Assembly (NCBI GenBank): GCA_038230095.1
Contig: JBBRNT010000003.1
Coordinates: forward strand, 9,811-73,810
Length of the DNA stretch: 64,000 nucleotides
Direction: 5' to 3'
Source: Candidatus Saccharimonadia bacterium
GTDB lineage: Bacteria; Patescibacteriota; Saccharimonadia; UBA4664; JBBRNT01
Position 1 is the first letter of the stretch, and the number at the start of each line of letters is the position of its first letter. The notes beneath the pieces were generated by a model. It saw nothing but the letters and a program-made list of their open reading frames with translations, was not told the DNA's origin and did no database searches. Both the position numbers and the translations under genes were made by a program. Shown here piece after piece: positions 56,064-64,000 of this stretch.

Positions 56064-57101
56064 ATGCTAAAAAAATCGGGTCAAACCCACCCTCGACTCA
56101 AGAAATTTGCTACTGGACTGGCCTTCGTCATAGCCGGATTTGGACTCATATTGGCTAGCTTGGTCTGGTCTTTCTGGGGTAGTTCTACCAAGCTGCCAAT
56201 TGTAGACGGAGTGACATTCTCGGCCAAGTATAGCCGCGAGCTAGATCTAGACCCCAAAGCAGTCTTAACTGCATTGATCAATGACCTAGGGATCCGTCAC
56301 TTCCGGATGATGAGTTACTGGGACATACACGAGCCTGCAGACGGTACATTTGACTTTAGTGAGCTCGACTGGCAGATGAAGATGGCTGAGGAGTCTGGCT
56401 CCAAGGTAACGCTGGCTGTAGGGCTGCGCCAACCCCGTTGGCCAGAGTGCCATACTCCCGGGTGGGCCAAGACCCTGCCTGACGCAGATAAGCGTATTAA
56501 GCTGTATGAGTACATGACGAAGACTATTGAGCGCTACCGCTTTAGTCCGGCTCTGGAAAGCTACCAGCTGGAGAATGAGGCCCTGAATACTGCCTTCGGA
56601 GAGTGTCATGACTTTGATCGGGCCCGACTGGTATATGAGTACAATCTAGTGAAGGGCCTTGACGCTAGCCACCCGATTATTATTAGCGTTAGTAATGAGT
56701 TTGGGATACCTATTGGGGCGCCACGTGGGGATGAAGTGGGCTTCTCTATCTACCACCGCGTCTACGATGCGCATGTCACCCACGGCTACTATGAGTACCC
56801 CATACCGGCGTGGTACCACGGCTTGCGGGCTGCTGTTATTGAGCGCATTACACATCGCCAGACTGTTATCCATGAGCTGCAGGCAGAGCCATGGGGTCCT
56901 AGAGCCACTAAGGACCTCAGCATAGAAGAGCAGAACAAGTCTATGGATGCGGCCAATCTACTCGGACGCTACGGCTATGCCAAGGCTACAGGTATACGTC
57001 AGTTCGACTTCTGGGGCGCCGAGTGGTGGTACTGGCGTTTGACGCAGAAAAATGACCCTTCACTGTGGAACACTGCCAAGCAAATCTTCGGCAAGAACTA
57101 A
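56064..57101 (+). CDS. clan GH-A-like TIM-barrel glycoside hydrolase with N-terminal signal anchor
   Basis: YQLENEALN (acid/base-like NE) and ...HELQAEPWG (nucleophile-like E) spacing typical of retaining GH-A enzymes; leaderless ATG 7 nt after tgGCATAAT. Confidence 0.5.
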   Translation: MLKKSGQTHPRLKKFATGLAFVIAGFGLILASLVWSFWGSSTKLPIVDGVTFSAKYSRELDLDPKAVLTALINDLGIRHFRMMSYWDIHEPADGTFDFSELDWQMKMAEESGSKVTLAVGLRQPRWPECHTPGWAKTLPDADKRIKLYEYMTKTIERYRFSPALESYQLENEALNTAFGECHDFDRARLVYEYNLVKGLDASHPIIISVSNEFGIPIGAPRGDEVGFSIYHRVYDAHVTHGYYEYPIPAWYHGLRAAVIERITHRQTVIHELQAEPWGPRATKDLSIEEQNKSMDAANLLGRYGYAKATGIRQFDFWGAEWWYWRLTQKNDPSLWNTAKQIFGKN

Positions 57102-57123
57102 CAGCCAGGCTACTCGGGCTTCT

Positions 57124-57969
57124 ATGACAGCAGCACTACGAACCTGGCGCGAGCTTACGCACAACGTTAACGGAACGGTGGTGCACTATGCCCATACTGG
57201 TAGTACCACACAGCCAGTACTAGTGCTCCTGCATGGCTTTCGGAGTAACCGCCATGGGCTAGATGCACTTACTGAGCAGCTGAGGGGGTACCAGGTCTTT
57301 GCTCCAGACATCCCCGGTTTTGGCCAGACTGAGCCTGTCAGCCCACCTATTACACTGGAGCGTCAGTCGGCCGTTCTAACGGCATTTATAGAACAAGTTG
57401 TGGCTGGGCCATTTACACTGATTGGCCACTCGCTAGGGGCATCCATTGCACTTCTCATGGCAGGCTCGTTTGGGGCGGAGTTGCAATCGGTAGTGCTCAT
57501 AAGCCCGGTTACCAAGCCCACACGCTTGTTGAGCGTTTTTATCCATATCTACTTTAGGATGGCATTGCTGCTTCCGGATAAGATAAAGCAAATGTGGTTT
57601 GGTAACAAGACAATGGTCTGGCTCGTAGACCGCTGGATGTTTCGCACCGGGACCAAGCACGCTCAGAACCGGATCATATCCCAGGATTGGAGTAACATTA
57701 ATGAGAACCGTCCCGAAATTCTTATTCGGACGACCTTAAGCTACGAGTCTACACGTTTCGAACGCGCAGCCAAGCAAATACTCATGCCAGTCTACTGCAT
57801 TGGTGGTGACAGTGATCCGCTTGTTCCAGTTCGCAAACTCAGGCGCGTGGCGCGCACTATACCGCATGCCAAACTTGAGCTACTACCGGGCAGGGGACAC
57901 CTGTTCCCGGTAGAAGAGCCGCAATACGCTGGTAAGCTTATACGTACCTGGTTCGAGGCTCAGGACTAG
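57124..57969 (+). CDS. alpha/beta hydrolase
   Basis: HGFRSN oxyanion region, GHSLG nucleophile elbow, C-terminal His in GRGHLFPVEEP. Confidence 0.65.
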   Translation: MTAALRTWRELTHNVNGTVVHYAHTGSTTQPVLVLLHGFRSNRHGLDALTEQLRGYQVFAPDIPGFGQTEPVSPPITLERQSAVLTAFIEQVVAGPFTLIGHSLGASIALLMAGSFGAELQSVVLISPVTKPTRLLSVFIHIYFRMALLLPDKIKQMWFGNKTMVWLVDRWMFRTGTKHAQNRIISQDWSNINENRPEILIRTTLSYESTRFERAAKQILMPVYCIGGDSDPLVPVRKLRRVARTIPHAKLELLPGRGHLFPVEEPQYAGKLIRTWFEAQD

Positions 57970-58160
57970 TCTGCGTAGGGCTTACTTCGGAGCTCGCTAA
58001 GGTATTGGTTCACAGCCGCTAGGTCATGAGTGACATAGTCTGGCTTGACCGCAAACGCGGCCTCATATGCTCGTTCGAACTGTTCACGCTCAGATTTACT
58101 CTGAATGCGCTCGCCAAACTGTTGTGATTTTGGCTTCGATCTAATAATTTCTTTTGCCAT
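57966..58160 (-). CDS. small hypothetical protein (64 aa)
   Basis: ORF only. Confidence 0.3.
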   Translation of the reverse strand: MAKEIIRSKPKSQQFGERIQSKSEREQFERAYEAAFAVKPDYVTHDLAAVNQYLSELRSKPYAD

Positions 58161-58339
58161 AACCCCTCCACAAGATTATGAGACTATACTAATACACATT
58201 TGTCTATATGCCAATACCCTTATGACTAATATTCTTGCCTTAGCCAAGGCATTTTTTGTGAGAATGGAGCAAGTGGTGAGGGGACAAGGGCGGGAGGACT
58301 ACGCCCATTGCGCCAATTAACATCTATGACTACTCGGCT

Positions 58340-58445
58340 TAGCTTAGAATTTCTTTCTCCTCTTTCTTGGTACTTTTGTTTCGGCAAAAGTACCCAAAAC
58401 CATGCGAGACTACGAGCCGCCTTCCGGCGTACTCATGCTCGCTGA
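58340..58445 (+). repeat. structured repeat element, copy 1 (hairpin ggtacttttg-tttcgg-caaaagtacc + second stem-loop)
   Basis: About 95% identical to 63453-63556 over about 105 nt; not protein-coding in a common frame. Confidence 0.6.
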
Positions 58446-58586
58446 AGCTGTATTTTTTCGATGCTCAGGAGTGGCTGGAGGAGGCGGAAGGAGGGCAGCG
58501 AGGGCGTGGGAGGGTAGGTGGGAGGTTGAAGGAATGATCGGTAGGAGCTAGAATGATGGTTGTTCTTGGTTAATTACAGTATGACG

Positions 58587-58965
58587 CGGGGCTGACCAGC
58601 TTTGACGTTTGGACTTTTACAACCTAGCTTGCAAGCCGTAGGTATGCGTTAAATCCACCAATCAATAGATGCAAACTCTATCGTATCGCGCGTGAAGGCT
58701 CTGTTCGCAGCTCCTTCATTCGCACCAGCTTTCGCCTAATCGCCTAAGCCATCGACCTCCTGACGCCAGATAGGGGCCGGCCGGTGCCAAATTATCTGAC
58801 TGCTTTACAACTGAGATATGCGTTGTAATTAAGACTACAATCTGCTCCTCATTCTTATTTCGTTTACTTCAAGAGGATGGGGCTAAGACAACAAAGTAAA
58901 CTACGCTTGTAGACGGCTGGGTTGTATCCAGACGGACCCGGGTGCAATTCCCGGCAGCTCCTCCA
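58587..58965 (+). ncRNA. ssrA: tmRNA (SsrA)
   Basis: 5' GGGGCTGA + ctttgacg (cf. E. coli GGGGCUGAUUCUGGAUUCGACGGG); 3' ggacccgggtgcaattcccggCAGCTCCtCCA (cf. E. coli ggacgcggguucaacucccgcCAGCUCCACCA); G3:U wobble in acceptor; resume site aatagatGCAAAC (cf. AAUAGUCGCAAAC); tag ORF 58670-58738. Confidence 0.9.
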
Positions 58966-58998
58966 AAAGCGCCTCAGCTCTTGCTGGGGCGTTTTTGG
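58966..58998 (+). terminator. terminator after ssrA (agcgcc...ggggcg + T5)
   Basis: Weak stem, clear T-run. Confidence 0.45.
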
Positions 58999-59019
58999 AG
59001 GGATTAGAAAGTAACAGCC

Positions 59020-59044
59020 ACTCACGAGTGAGTGGCTGATTTCT
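59020..59044 (-). terminator. hairpin cagccactca-cgag-tgagtggctg downstream of the minus-strand gene ending at 59064
   Basis: Perfect 10-bp stem. Confidence 0.55.
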
Positions 59045-59063
59045 CCTGTTAAGGAGGAGGTTA

Positions 59064-59582
59064 TTAGCAGTAGTTGGGGTGGACCCCCATCATTTGGTTC
59101 CAGCTGGCCGTCTGGCTGCGGATGATCCCATTGAGGCGCCGGGCGACGTCACCAAAGGTGATTGAGTCGAAGAGCACACCCCGGGCGGCCTCTTGGCTTG
59201 CTAGGGTCTCGAACCGAGCCAGGTGCACCAGGACTTCGGGGTTGGTGACGGGCAGCTGCACTGCACGCCTCCGGGGCTCGTGGTGGGTGCAGACAATTCT
59301 CGACTGCTCGTGCCAGGCTGCCGGCCAGCTTCGCATGAGCTGCTCCAGCTCAGTTGCCCAGCCGTGGGTAGCGTCCGAACTCAGCCAGTGCAGGGCGAGT
59401 GGGTGGTGTACCTCGCCAAACGAGCGGTATGTCACCTCTGCCCCCATGTATTGGGCATCGTCGAGCCAGTAGTGATAGGCCTTGGCAGTGACATCGGTCG
59501 TGCCGCGGGTCCGGACAATGTCCATCCGCAGCGCCAGCTTGCTACTGCCCATTGCTTCGAAAAGCCATCGTGTGTCGGTCAA
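59064..59582 (-). CDS. hypothetical protein (172 aa)
   Basis: ORF; pair of 25-nt direct repeats in its upstream region (59600-59680). Confidence 0.45.
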   Translation of the reverse strand: MTDTRWLFEAMGSSKLALRMDIVRTRGTTDVTAKAYHYWLDDAQYMGAEVTYRSFGEVHHPLALHWLSSDATHGWATELEQLMRSWPAAWHEQSRIVCTHHEPRRRAVQLPVTNPEVLVHLARFETLASQEAARGVLFDSITFGDVARRLNGIIRSQTASWNQMMGVHPNYC

Positions 59583-59983
59583 GGTACTTCCTCCAGTTGC
59601 CTAGGCCTAGGCCATCGGCTATGTGTTGGGTGTGGGGTACTGCGCCAATTGTCTAGGCAGGGCCATCGACTATGGACTTGATGCTGCTGCAATCCCATTC
59701 AGGATTGGGCCCATGATACCACAGATTGTTTGGAGGGAATTCGATCGACAGGTGCTTTTGTTGGCAAATACGTAAATGCAGACATGGCTGAAGCTGGTAT
59801 AGCGGTGTAAAACGAATTAATCCCGCATACTACTCTGGGGGAGTGGTGTAGAACGTGCGACGGGGCTAGTAGACCGAGAGCACTATCATGGCGCTTTACT
59901 TTGGCGGTAACGCTTGTATGGGGGGCGGGTTACTGGTAATACTGTAGCTACACGCCCTACGGCCAGTTCCTTGAGGAGATAGT

Positions 59984-60559
59984 ATGCGCTCACTACATTT
60001 GCTTGAACAGAACAGCGTCTGCGACCATGTCGCAGTGCTGAACGATTCCGCTATCCCCGGCGGAAGCGGAAGCTGCCCGCTCCTGGCCGACTGTACCGCC
60101 GGGCGGGTAGTGGGACACGGTGGGCTTCAATGCGTTCCCAGGACGGCCCAAGAGGTGGCGCGTAATGTTCTGAGCGGACGGGTGGCGCCCGAGGTAGAAC
60201 TGCGCGAACTGCGCCAATCGCCCTTGTTTCGGCCGGGTCAAGTGCGGTTCATTGACCCATATGCGGGGCAGGTGCCCGGTGAGGCTACCATTGACGCCAG
60301 CTTGGTTATGTCCCAGATTCGACAATGGGTGGCCGTTCTGCTGGATACACCCGTGCCCGAACCGGTGGCCCCCGCTGACCACTGCAAAAGGCACAGTGAG
60401 TACACCGAAGGCTGCTCCAACTGCGGTATGGCCCGGCTGGTCATGCTGGACCGGACGGACGTGGTCTGGCCAGGCGGCCGTCCCGCTCGAGTCCCGCGTG
60501 ATCAGTGCCGCTGCCCAGTACTACGCGTGGGTGACTTCTGCCCGGTTCACGGCGGATAG
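59984..60559 (+). CDS. hypothetical Cys-rich protein (191 aa)
   Basis: gaggag RBS 59965-59970. Confidence 0.45.
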   Translation: MRSLHLLEQNSVCDHVAVLNDSAIPGGSGSCPLLADCTAGRVVGHGGLQCVPRTAQEVARNVLSGRVAPEVELRELRQSPLFRPGQVRFIDPYAGQVPGEATIDASLVMSQIRQWVAVLLDTPVPEPVAPADHCKRHSEYTEGCSNCGMARLVMLDRTDVVWPGGRPARVPRDQCRCPVLRVGDFCPVHGG

Positions 60560-60714
60560 CCACACAGCGCTCAGTTGTCTTCGGATGACTGGGCGCTTTC
60601 ATTTGCCTTGAATAATTTCTAATCTAGAGTACTATTGCTGTCATCTGGCAATCGCCAGGGTACACGCCACCAATAAGGGTTCGCCATGAGGTGCACAGAT
60701 AGAAAGGTAGGCTC

Positions 60715-61413
60715 ATGGACTCGTCTACGGCCACTTTATCAGAAGCAGATACCGACCTCCTCAATGCCATTCAAGGCGGTATACACCCGGACCGACTGTC
60801 GACGGGGGTTAAGCTGGAGGTACTCCGGCATGCGATTGGCGTACTCACCAAAATGGGTGGCAAGTCGCCTGGCTTTCGGCCCCTGTCAGGCCGGTACCCC
60901 GAGACCGGATCGTTCTCGCCCTACGTAGACTTGCTGTACCCAGCCGGCCTTGGTGAGACCACGAAGGTCAATCAGATCTTTCGTATGGAGTCTGTCGAAA
61001 TAGGCGGTTTCAAGAAGGGTAAGCGAGCGCCGCACAAGTACGTGCGCAAGCATCATGCTCAGGATGACGTCCGTTGGGTGACGCACGACCACTACCTGGT
61101 AACTCAGGACGGCCTCATGTTGCGGGAAAGCCAGACGATCTACCTACGGCGCGTAGGTGATGAACAGGAAAATATCTGCGCCGCCGTAGATATGACAGTC
61201 ATGGACGATGCGGCGATCCTGGCATTCTTGGAACTGCCATACACGAGTGATTTCGGGGTGCTGTCATCGTGCCTCAAGAGCATCCGAATCAGCATTCGTG
61301 CCAGCATCGCAGAATCTCGTGACCGGCTTGCTAGCCTGGAGGCGATGCACGCTCAGATCGACGCTGTCTGGCACCGAGCTGGCGGGCCCACCGGTAGCTT
61401 GCCGAGGTACTGA
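60715..61413 (+). CDS. hypothetical protein (232 aa)
   Basis: ORF with good coding periodicity. Confidence 0.45.
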   Translation: MDSSTATLSEADTDLLNAIQGGIHPDRLSTGVKLEVLRHAIGVLTKMGGKSPGFRPLSGRYPETGSFSPYVDLLYPAGLGETTKVNQIFRMESVEIGGFKKGKRAPHKYVRKHHAQDDVRWVTHDHYLVTQDGLMLRESQTIYLRRVGDEQENICAAVDMTVMDDAAILAFLELPYTSDFGVLSSCLKSIRISIRASIAESRDRLASLEAMHAQIDAVWHRAGGPTGSLPRY

Positions 61414-61593
61414 CCAATGCAGCACCCCCAGTAATGGGGGTGCTTTTACGTATAACCTAAAAACCCCGCAGACTGCAGGGGTGCAAGAGCGATTGGGAGG
61501 TATTATCTCCAGGTGGTGGAGCCGCGTTAGTGGCGGCAATACTCATTATCTCTCGAAATACTATTGTATTAAGCACAACAACTATGGCCACCA

Positions 61594-61830
61594 TTGACCA
61601 ATCCCTATGGCCCGGCCATTATAGAGCCAGTGAATAATTTTGACGCCTACACTCAGGAGCGAAGGGTGCTACCGTGCGCGGATAAGCTGAGCTTTGCGAC
61701 AAACGAGCTAGCAGCAGCAGCCGCGAGCTATGCGGTTTGGCAGAGGGGGAGTGAGAGTGCCAATGTGCGGTCCTATAAGTGCCGTTACTGTACGAGCTGG
61801 CACCTAGGCACGGACTATGAGGCGGAATGA
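61594..61830 (+). CDS. small hypothetical Cys-containing protein (78 aa; CRYCTSWH)
   Basis: ORF abutting the convergent nuclease gene. Confidence 0.3.
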   Translation: MTNPYGPAIIEPVNNFDAYTQERRVLPCADKLSFATNELAAAAASYAVWQRGSESANVRSYKCRYCTSWHLGTDYEAE

Positions 61831-63348
61831 CTACGTGGCGTAGTGTGGCTCGGCCGTGTTGCTTAGCTGAGCAAGCTCGGTAGGGCTGAGGGGCCGGAGC
61901 TCTATCTGGGAAGGGCGCTGCTCAAGTACTTGACGCAGTATTTTGTACACGTCCATATCGAAGCCCAGATCTAGTTTTTGGTACTCTGGATCACCAAATT
62001 CTGATTCAAGGAGGAGGGCCGTAACGCGCCATTGGTCGATAATAAAGCCATCGACCCGCTCTAGGTCGGCGGAACGCTCTAGCAGAAGGGCGGCTCCAGC
62101 AAAGGGCCATTTGCTCAGACGTTGGTCTGAGAGTGCCTGGGTAAGTAGCAGGTTGTAGCTGGCGGGGGAGATGGTACCCAGGCAGGCGCCCGAGCACTTG
62201 CCCAGTTGCTGGGCAAAGCAGGTACCTCGGGACTTATCTAGCCCCATGAGGCGGGGGCACAGGTGGTGCTCGGCAGTAATGCCTTCTAGGGTCTCGCGAG
62301 CCTCTTTGCGTGAGCGGTAGCCAATATGGATGGTATCTGGCGATAGTTCCTCGGAGTAATCACCAATATGGCCGGTAAGATAGCCTACAGCATTAGTTGT
62401 AAACTCTACAACAAATAAACGTTCTGCACGCCGCAGCTTACGGTTGTGGAGTGGCTGAAGCTCCTTAACCAGGCGTGACTCCAGGAGCAAGGCGCCAATC
62501 TCCCCGGCGGTTTTGATGGTGCGAATGTGGTGGGTTTGCTGAGCCAGGCGGAGCTCGCGGTACTGGCGATGGTCGTCGGACAGGTGGGACAGGACTCGCG
62601 ACCTAATATTAACGCTCTTGCCGACGTAGAGAGGTAGTGCTTGATCGTCTTCGAATACGTAGACACCTGGAGACTCGGGTAGGGTCTGGATAAGACTAGC
62701 GTCTAGATGAGGCGGTAGCGACTGGCGCTTGAGCTGCTGGGCTATTGCGGTGTTGAGGCTGTCTAGATCGTGGTCTGCTAAGATGCGATGCCAGAAATCC
62801 CAGAGCACCTTGGCATCGTCTAGGGCGCGGTGTCGGCGGGCCGTCTCAAAGCCAAAGCGCTGAATTATCTTCTCTAGGCTATGGCCGCGGTGCTCGGGGT
62901 AGAGCCAGCGGGAGAGTCGAACGGTGCAGAGTAGCTCTGGTTCAAAGCCCTGGCCAAGGCGCTTATACTCTTGCTTGATAAACGAATAGTCGAAGCGGAC
63001 ATTGTGCGCTACGAACAGCGCTCCATCAAGGATAGCCCTCAGCTCATCTGCCATGTCGGCAAAATGGGGGGCAGTGCGTAAGTCTGCATCTGTGAGGCCG
63101 GTGAGCTGGGTGATAAAGGCCGGAAGGCGGCTATCTGGGTTAAGCAGCGTATGGAAGGTGCGGACAACCCGGCCGCCCTCGACACGCACTACGCCAATCT
63201 CGGTAACCTTGCCGTAGTGGTAGTTGGCACCAGTAGTTTCAATGTCTATGAAGGCCAATGGCTGGTTGTAGTGCTTGGCTGCTATGGTACCCCTCCTTGC
63301 CGGACATGCTATGGACTTAATCATAACGCGAACAAAAGCCGTAATCAA
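61831..63348 (-). CDS. DnaQ-like DEDDh 3'-5' exonuclease fused to a GIY-YIG (UvrC/Cho-like) nuclease domain
   Basis: Exo I AFIDIETTG, Exo II HNVRFDYSFI, Exo III HRALDDAKV; GIY-YIG GVYVFEDDQALPLYVGKSVNIRSRVLSHL. Confidence 0.8.
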   Translation of the reverse strand: MITAFVRVMIKSIACPARRGTIAAKHYNQPLAFIDIETTGANYHYGKVTEIGVVRVEGGRVVRTFHTLLNPDSRLPAFITQLTGLTDADLRTAPHFADMADELRAILDGALFVAHNVRFDYSFIKQEYKRLGQGFEPELLCTVRLSRWLYPEHRGHSLEKIIQRFGFETARRHRALDDAKVLWDFWHRILADHDLDSLNTAIAQQLKRQSLPPHLDASLIQTLPESPGVYVFEDDQALPLYVGKSVNIRSRVLSHLSDDHRQYRELRLAQQTHHIRTIKTAGEIGALLLESRLVKELQPLHNRKLRRAERLFVVEFTTNAVGYLTGHIGDYSEELSPDTIHIGYRSRKEARETLEGITAEHHLCPRLMGLDKSRGTCFAQQLGKCSGACLGTISPASYNLLLTQALSDQRLSKWPFAGAALLLERSADLERVDGFIIDQWRVTALLLESEFGDPEYQKLDLGFDMDVYKILRQVLEQRPSQIELRPLSPTELAQLSNTAEPHYAT

Positions 63349-63452
63349 GATGGGGCTGGGTGGTTGGATTTGTGTTGCGTGCAGGTTGCTAGCGAGGGAA
63401 GAATTCTATCCCCAATACATCCATTTCAGTTATGGCCTATACTGCTAGTCCG

Positions 63453-63556
63453 AGAATTTCTTCGTTTCTTTCTTGGTACTTTTGTTTCGGCAAAAGTACC
63501 CAAAACCATGCGAGACAACGAGCCGCCGTTCCCGGCATACTCATGCTCGCGGATGA
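63453..63556 (+). repeat. structured repeat element, copy 2
   Basis: See 58340-58445; the inner stem of the second stem-loop differs by 4-bp-stem-preserving changes (cgcc/ggcg vs gccg/cggc). Confidence 0.6.
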
Positions 63557-63643
63557 GTGAATTGGATGGTGGTTAAGCAAAGACTGGGGTCAACTGTTAC
63601 TCCTATTTGCCAAGCACGAGTAGCATACTGGTCCCCATAGTTT

Positions 63644-63686
63644 GAGAAGAAAGGGAAACACCCTGCCGGGAGCCCGGCAGGGTGTT
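63644..63686 (-). terminator. hairpin aacaccctgccggg-agc-cccggcagggtgtt with A-tract on plus strand (T-tract for the minus-strand gene)
   Basis: 14-bp stem. Confidence 0.55.
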
Positions 63687-64000
63687 AGGACTCGAAGAGG
63701 CTTGGGTGGGGGTATGGGGCGAGGAGGGTGGGTTCGGCGGCTAGCACTGAAACGTCGCGGAGACGGATGTTGCTGTCAGCCGGCTCGAAGAGACGGATCT
63801 GAGGGTCATCCAGCCGGCGACCCCGGCGGATTAGCTTGCCCTGCACGTAGTACATGCCGGCGGGGATATTCCAGCTACAGGTGCTTCTAACAGCGCAGTG
63901 GCCACAGGAGCGGCTGTAGCTATTGCGTTGGCCGGTGCTCCAGGTGACCGGGATGGCGTTGACCTCGCGGGCACGAGCCACCAGCCGATTGCCTTCTGGG
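63685..64000 (-). CDS. 3' part of a gene continuing beyond the window end (hypothetical)
   Basis: Open frame to the window edge on the minus strand; high GC, so could be a shadow ORF. Confidence 0.25.
   Translation of the reverse strand, partial: PEGNRLVARAREVNAIPVTWSTGQRNSYSRSCGHCAVRSTCSWNIPAGMYYVQGKLIRRGRRLDDPQIRLFEPADSNIRLRDVSVLAAEPTLLAPYPHPSLFES

Noticed and set aside
58925-58965. Orphan tRNA 3' fragment (T-arm + acceptor + CCA without a 5' half)
   Set aside because: It is the 3' end of the tmRNA. The matching 5' acceptor strand and D-analog lie 370 nt upstream (58587-58610).
61831-63348. Defence-system nuclease (GIY-YIG + exonuclease) inside a putative island
   Set aside because: The DEDDh-exonuclease/GIY-YIG architecture matches the widespread Cho-like DNA-repair fusion, so a housekeeping repair role is more parsimonious than a novel defence effector. 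No partner ATPase, methylase or sensor genes are adjacent.
25135-63556. Diversity-generating retroelement (an Avd-family four-helix-bundle gene plus a pair of near-identical 105-nt repeats that could be TR/VR)
   Set aside because: No reverse-transcriptase ORF anywhere in the window. The differences between the two repeat copies are not adenine-specific and include indels. The repeats are non-coding in any shared frame and lie 33 kb from the Avd-like pseudogene.
63642-63890. 82-aa Gly/Arg-rich plus-strand ORF after repeat copy 2
   Set aside because: Extreme GC and Gly/Arg composition, and it is fully overlapped by a longer minus-strand frame. Judged spurious.
1-64000. CRISPR array / cas genes
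   Set aside because: No regularly spaced short direct repeats and no Cas-like proteins were found on either strand.

Overview
This 64 kb window is dense, mostly housekeeping chromosome from a compact bacterial genome; an accessory segment (58.3-63.6 kb) sits next to ssrA. Estimated GC is about 55-58%. Genes are tightly packed, with many 4-44 nt overlaps and several apparently leaderless transcripts. I can support about 75 CDSs, 7 RNA genes, one pseudogene, and a set of terminators, promoters and repeats.

RNA genes:
- Six tRNAs: Asp-GTC, Thr-CGT, Gly-CCC, Val-GAC, Val-CAC, Pro-GGG.
- A type-A RNase P RNA (rnpB, about 43641-44041).
- A tmRNA (ssrA, 58587-58965) that no ORF caller would report. 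It has a tRNA-Ala-like acceptor with a G3:U wobble and a 22-residue tag ORF.

Recognisable proteins:
- Translation and RNA: L25/Ctc, L28, L20, L35, IF-3 (probable AUC start), ThrRS, MiaA.
- Regulators and repair: NrdR, DinB, an ArsR-family regulator with a palindromic operator, a tandem pair of CdaR/PucR-type regulators.
- Cell wall: MurT/GatD lipid II amidation pair, an Mpl/MurC-type Mur ligase.
- Envelope glycan genes: WecA/TagO-like transferase, GT2, WbaP-like sugar transferase, GT4, MGDG-synthase-like GT.
- Membrane and transport: NRAMP/MntH, a site-2 protease, a PAP2 phosphatase.
- Other: ComM, DAGK-like kinase, bactofilin, DUF4446, GalT-like protein, an ATL-type MGMT homologue, a MOSC protein, a DnaQ-exonuclease/GIY-YIG (Cho-like) fusion.

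Most interesting non-standard signals:
1. A roughly 105-nt structured repeat in two copies brackets a 5 kb segment that begins with ssrA. The segment carries four uncharacterised genes plus the Cho-like nuclease.
2. Several degenerate copies of the tRNA-Asp 3' end, a repeated terminator and a third repeated element lie downstream of tRNA-Asp. This looks like decayed tandem integrations of single-gene islets.
3. A four-helix-bundle (Avd/23S-IVS-protein family) gene is interrupted by an in-frame TAG, directly next to dinB.
4. Tandem diverged paralogues of unknown function, each with its own promoter, sit between rnpB and the glycan genes.
5. An operon encodes three small Cys/His zinc-finger-like proteins.
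6. A conserved extended -10 motif, ATCTGGTAYAATRG, recurs in front of at least six genes or RNAs, most of them leaderless or nearly so.
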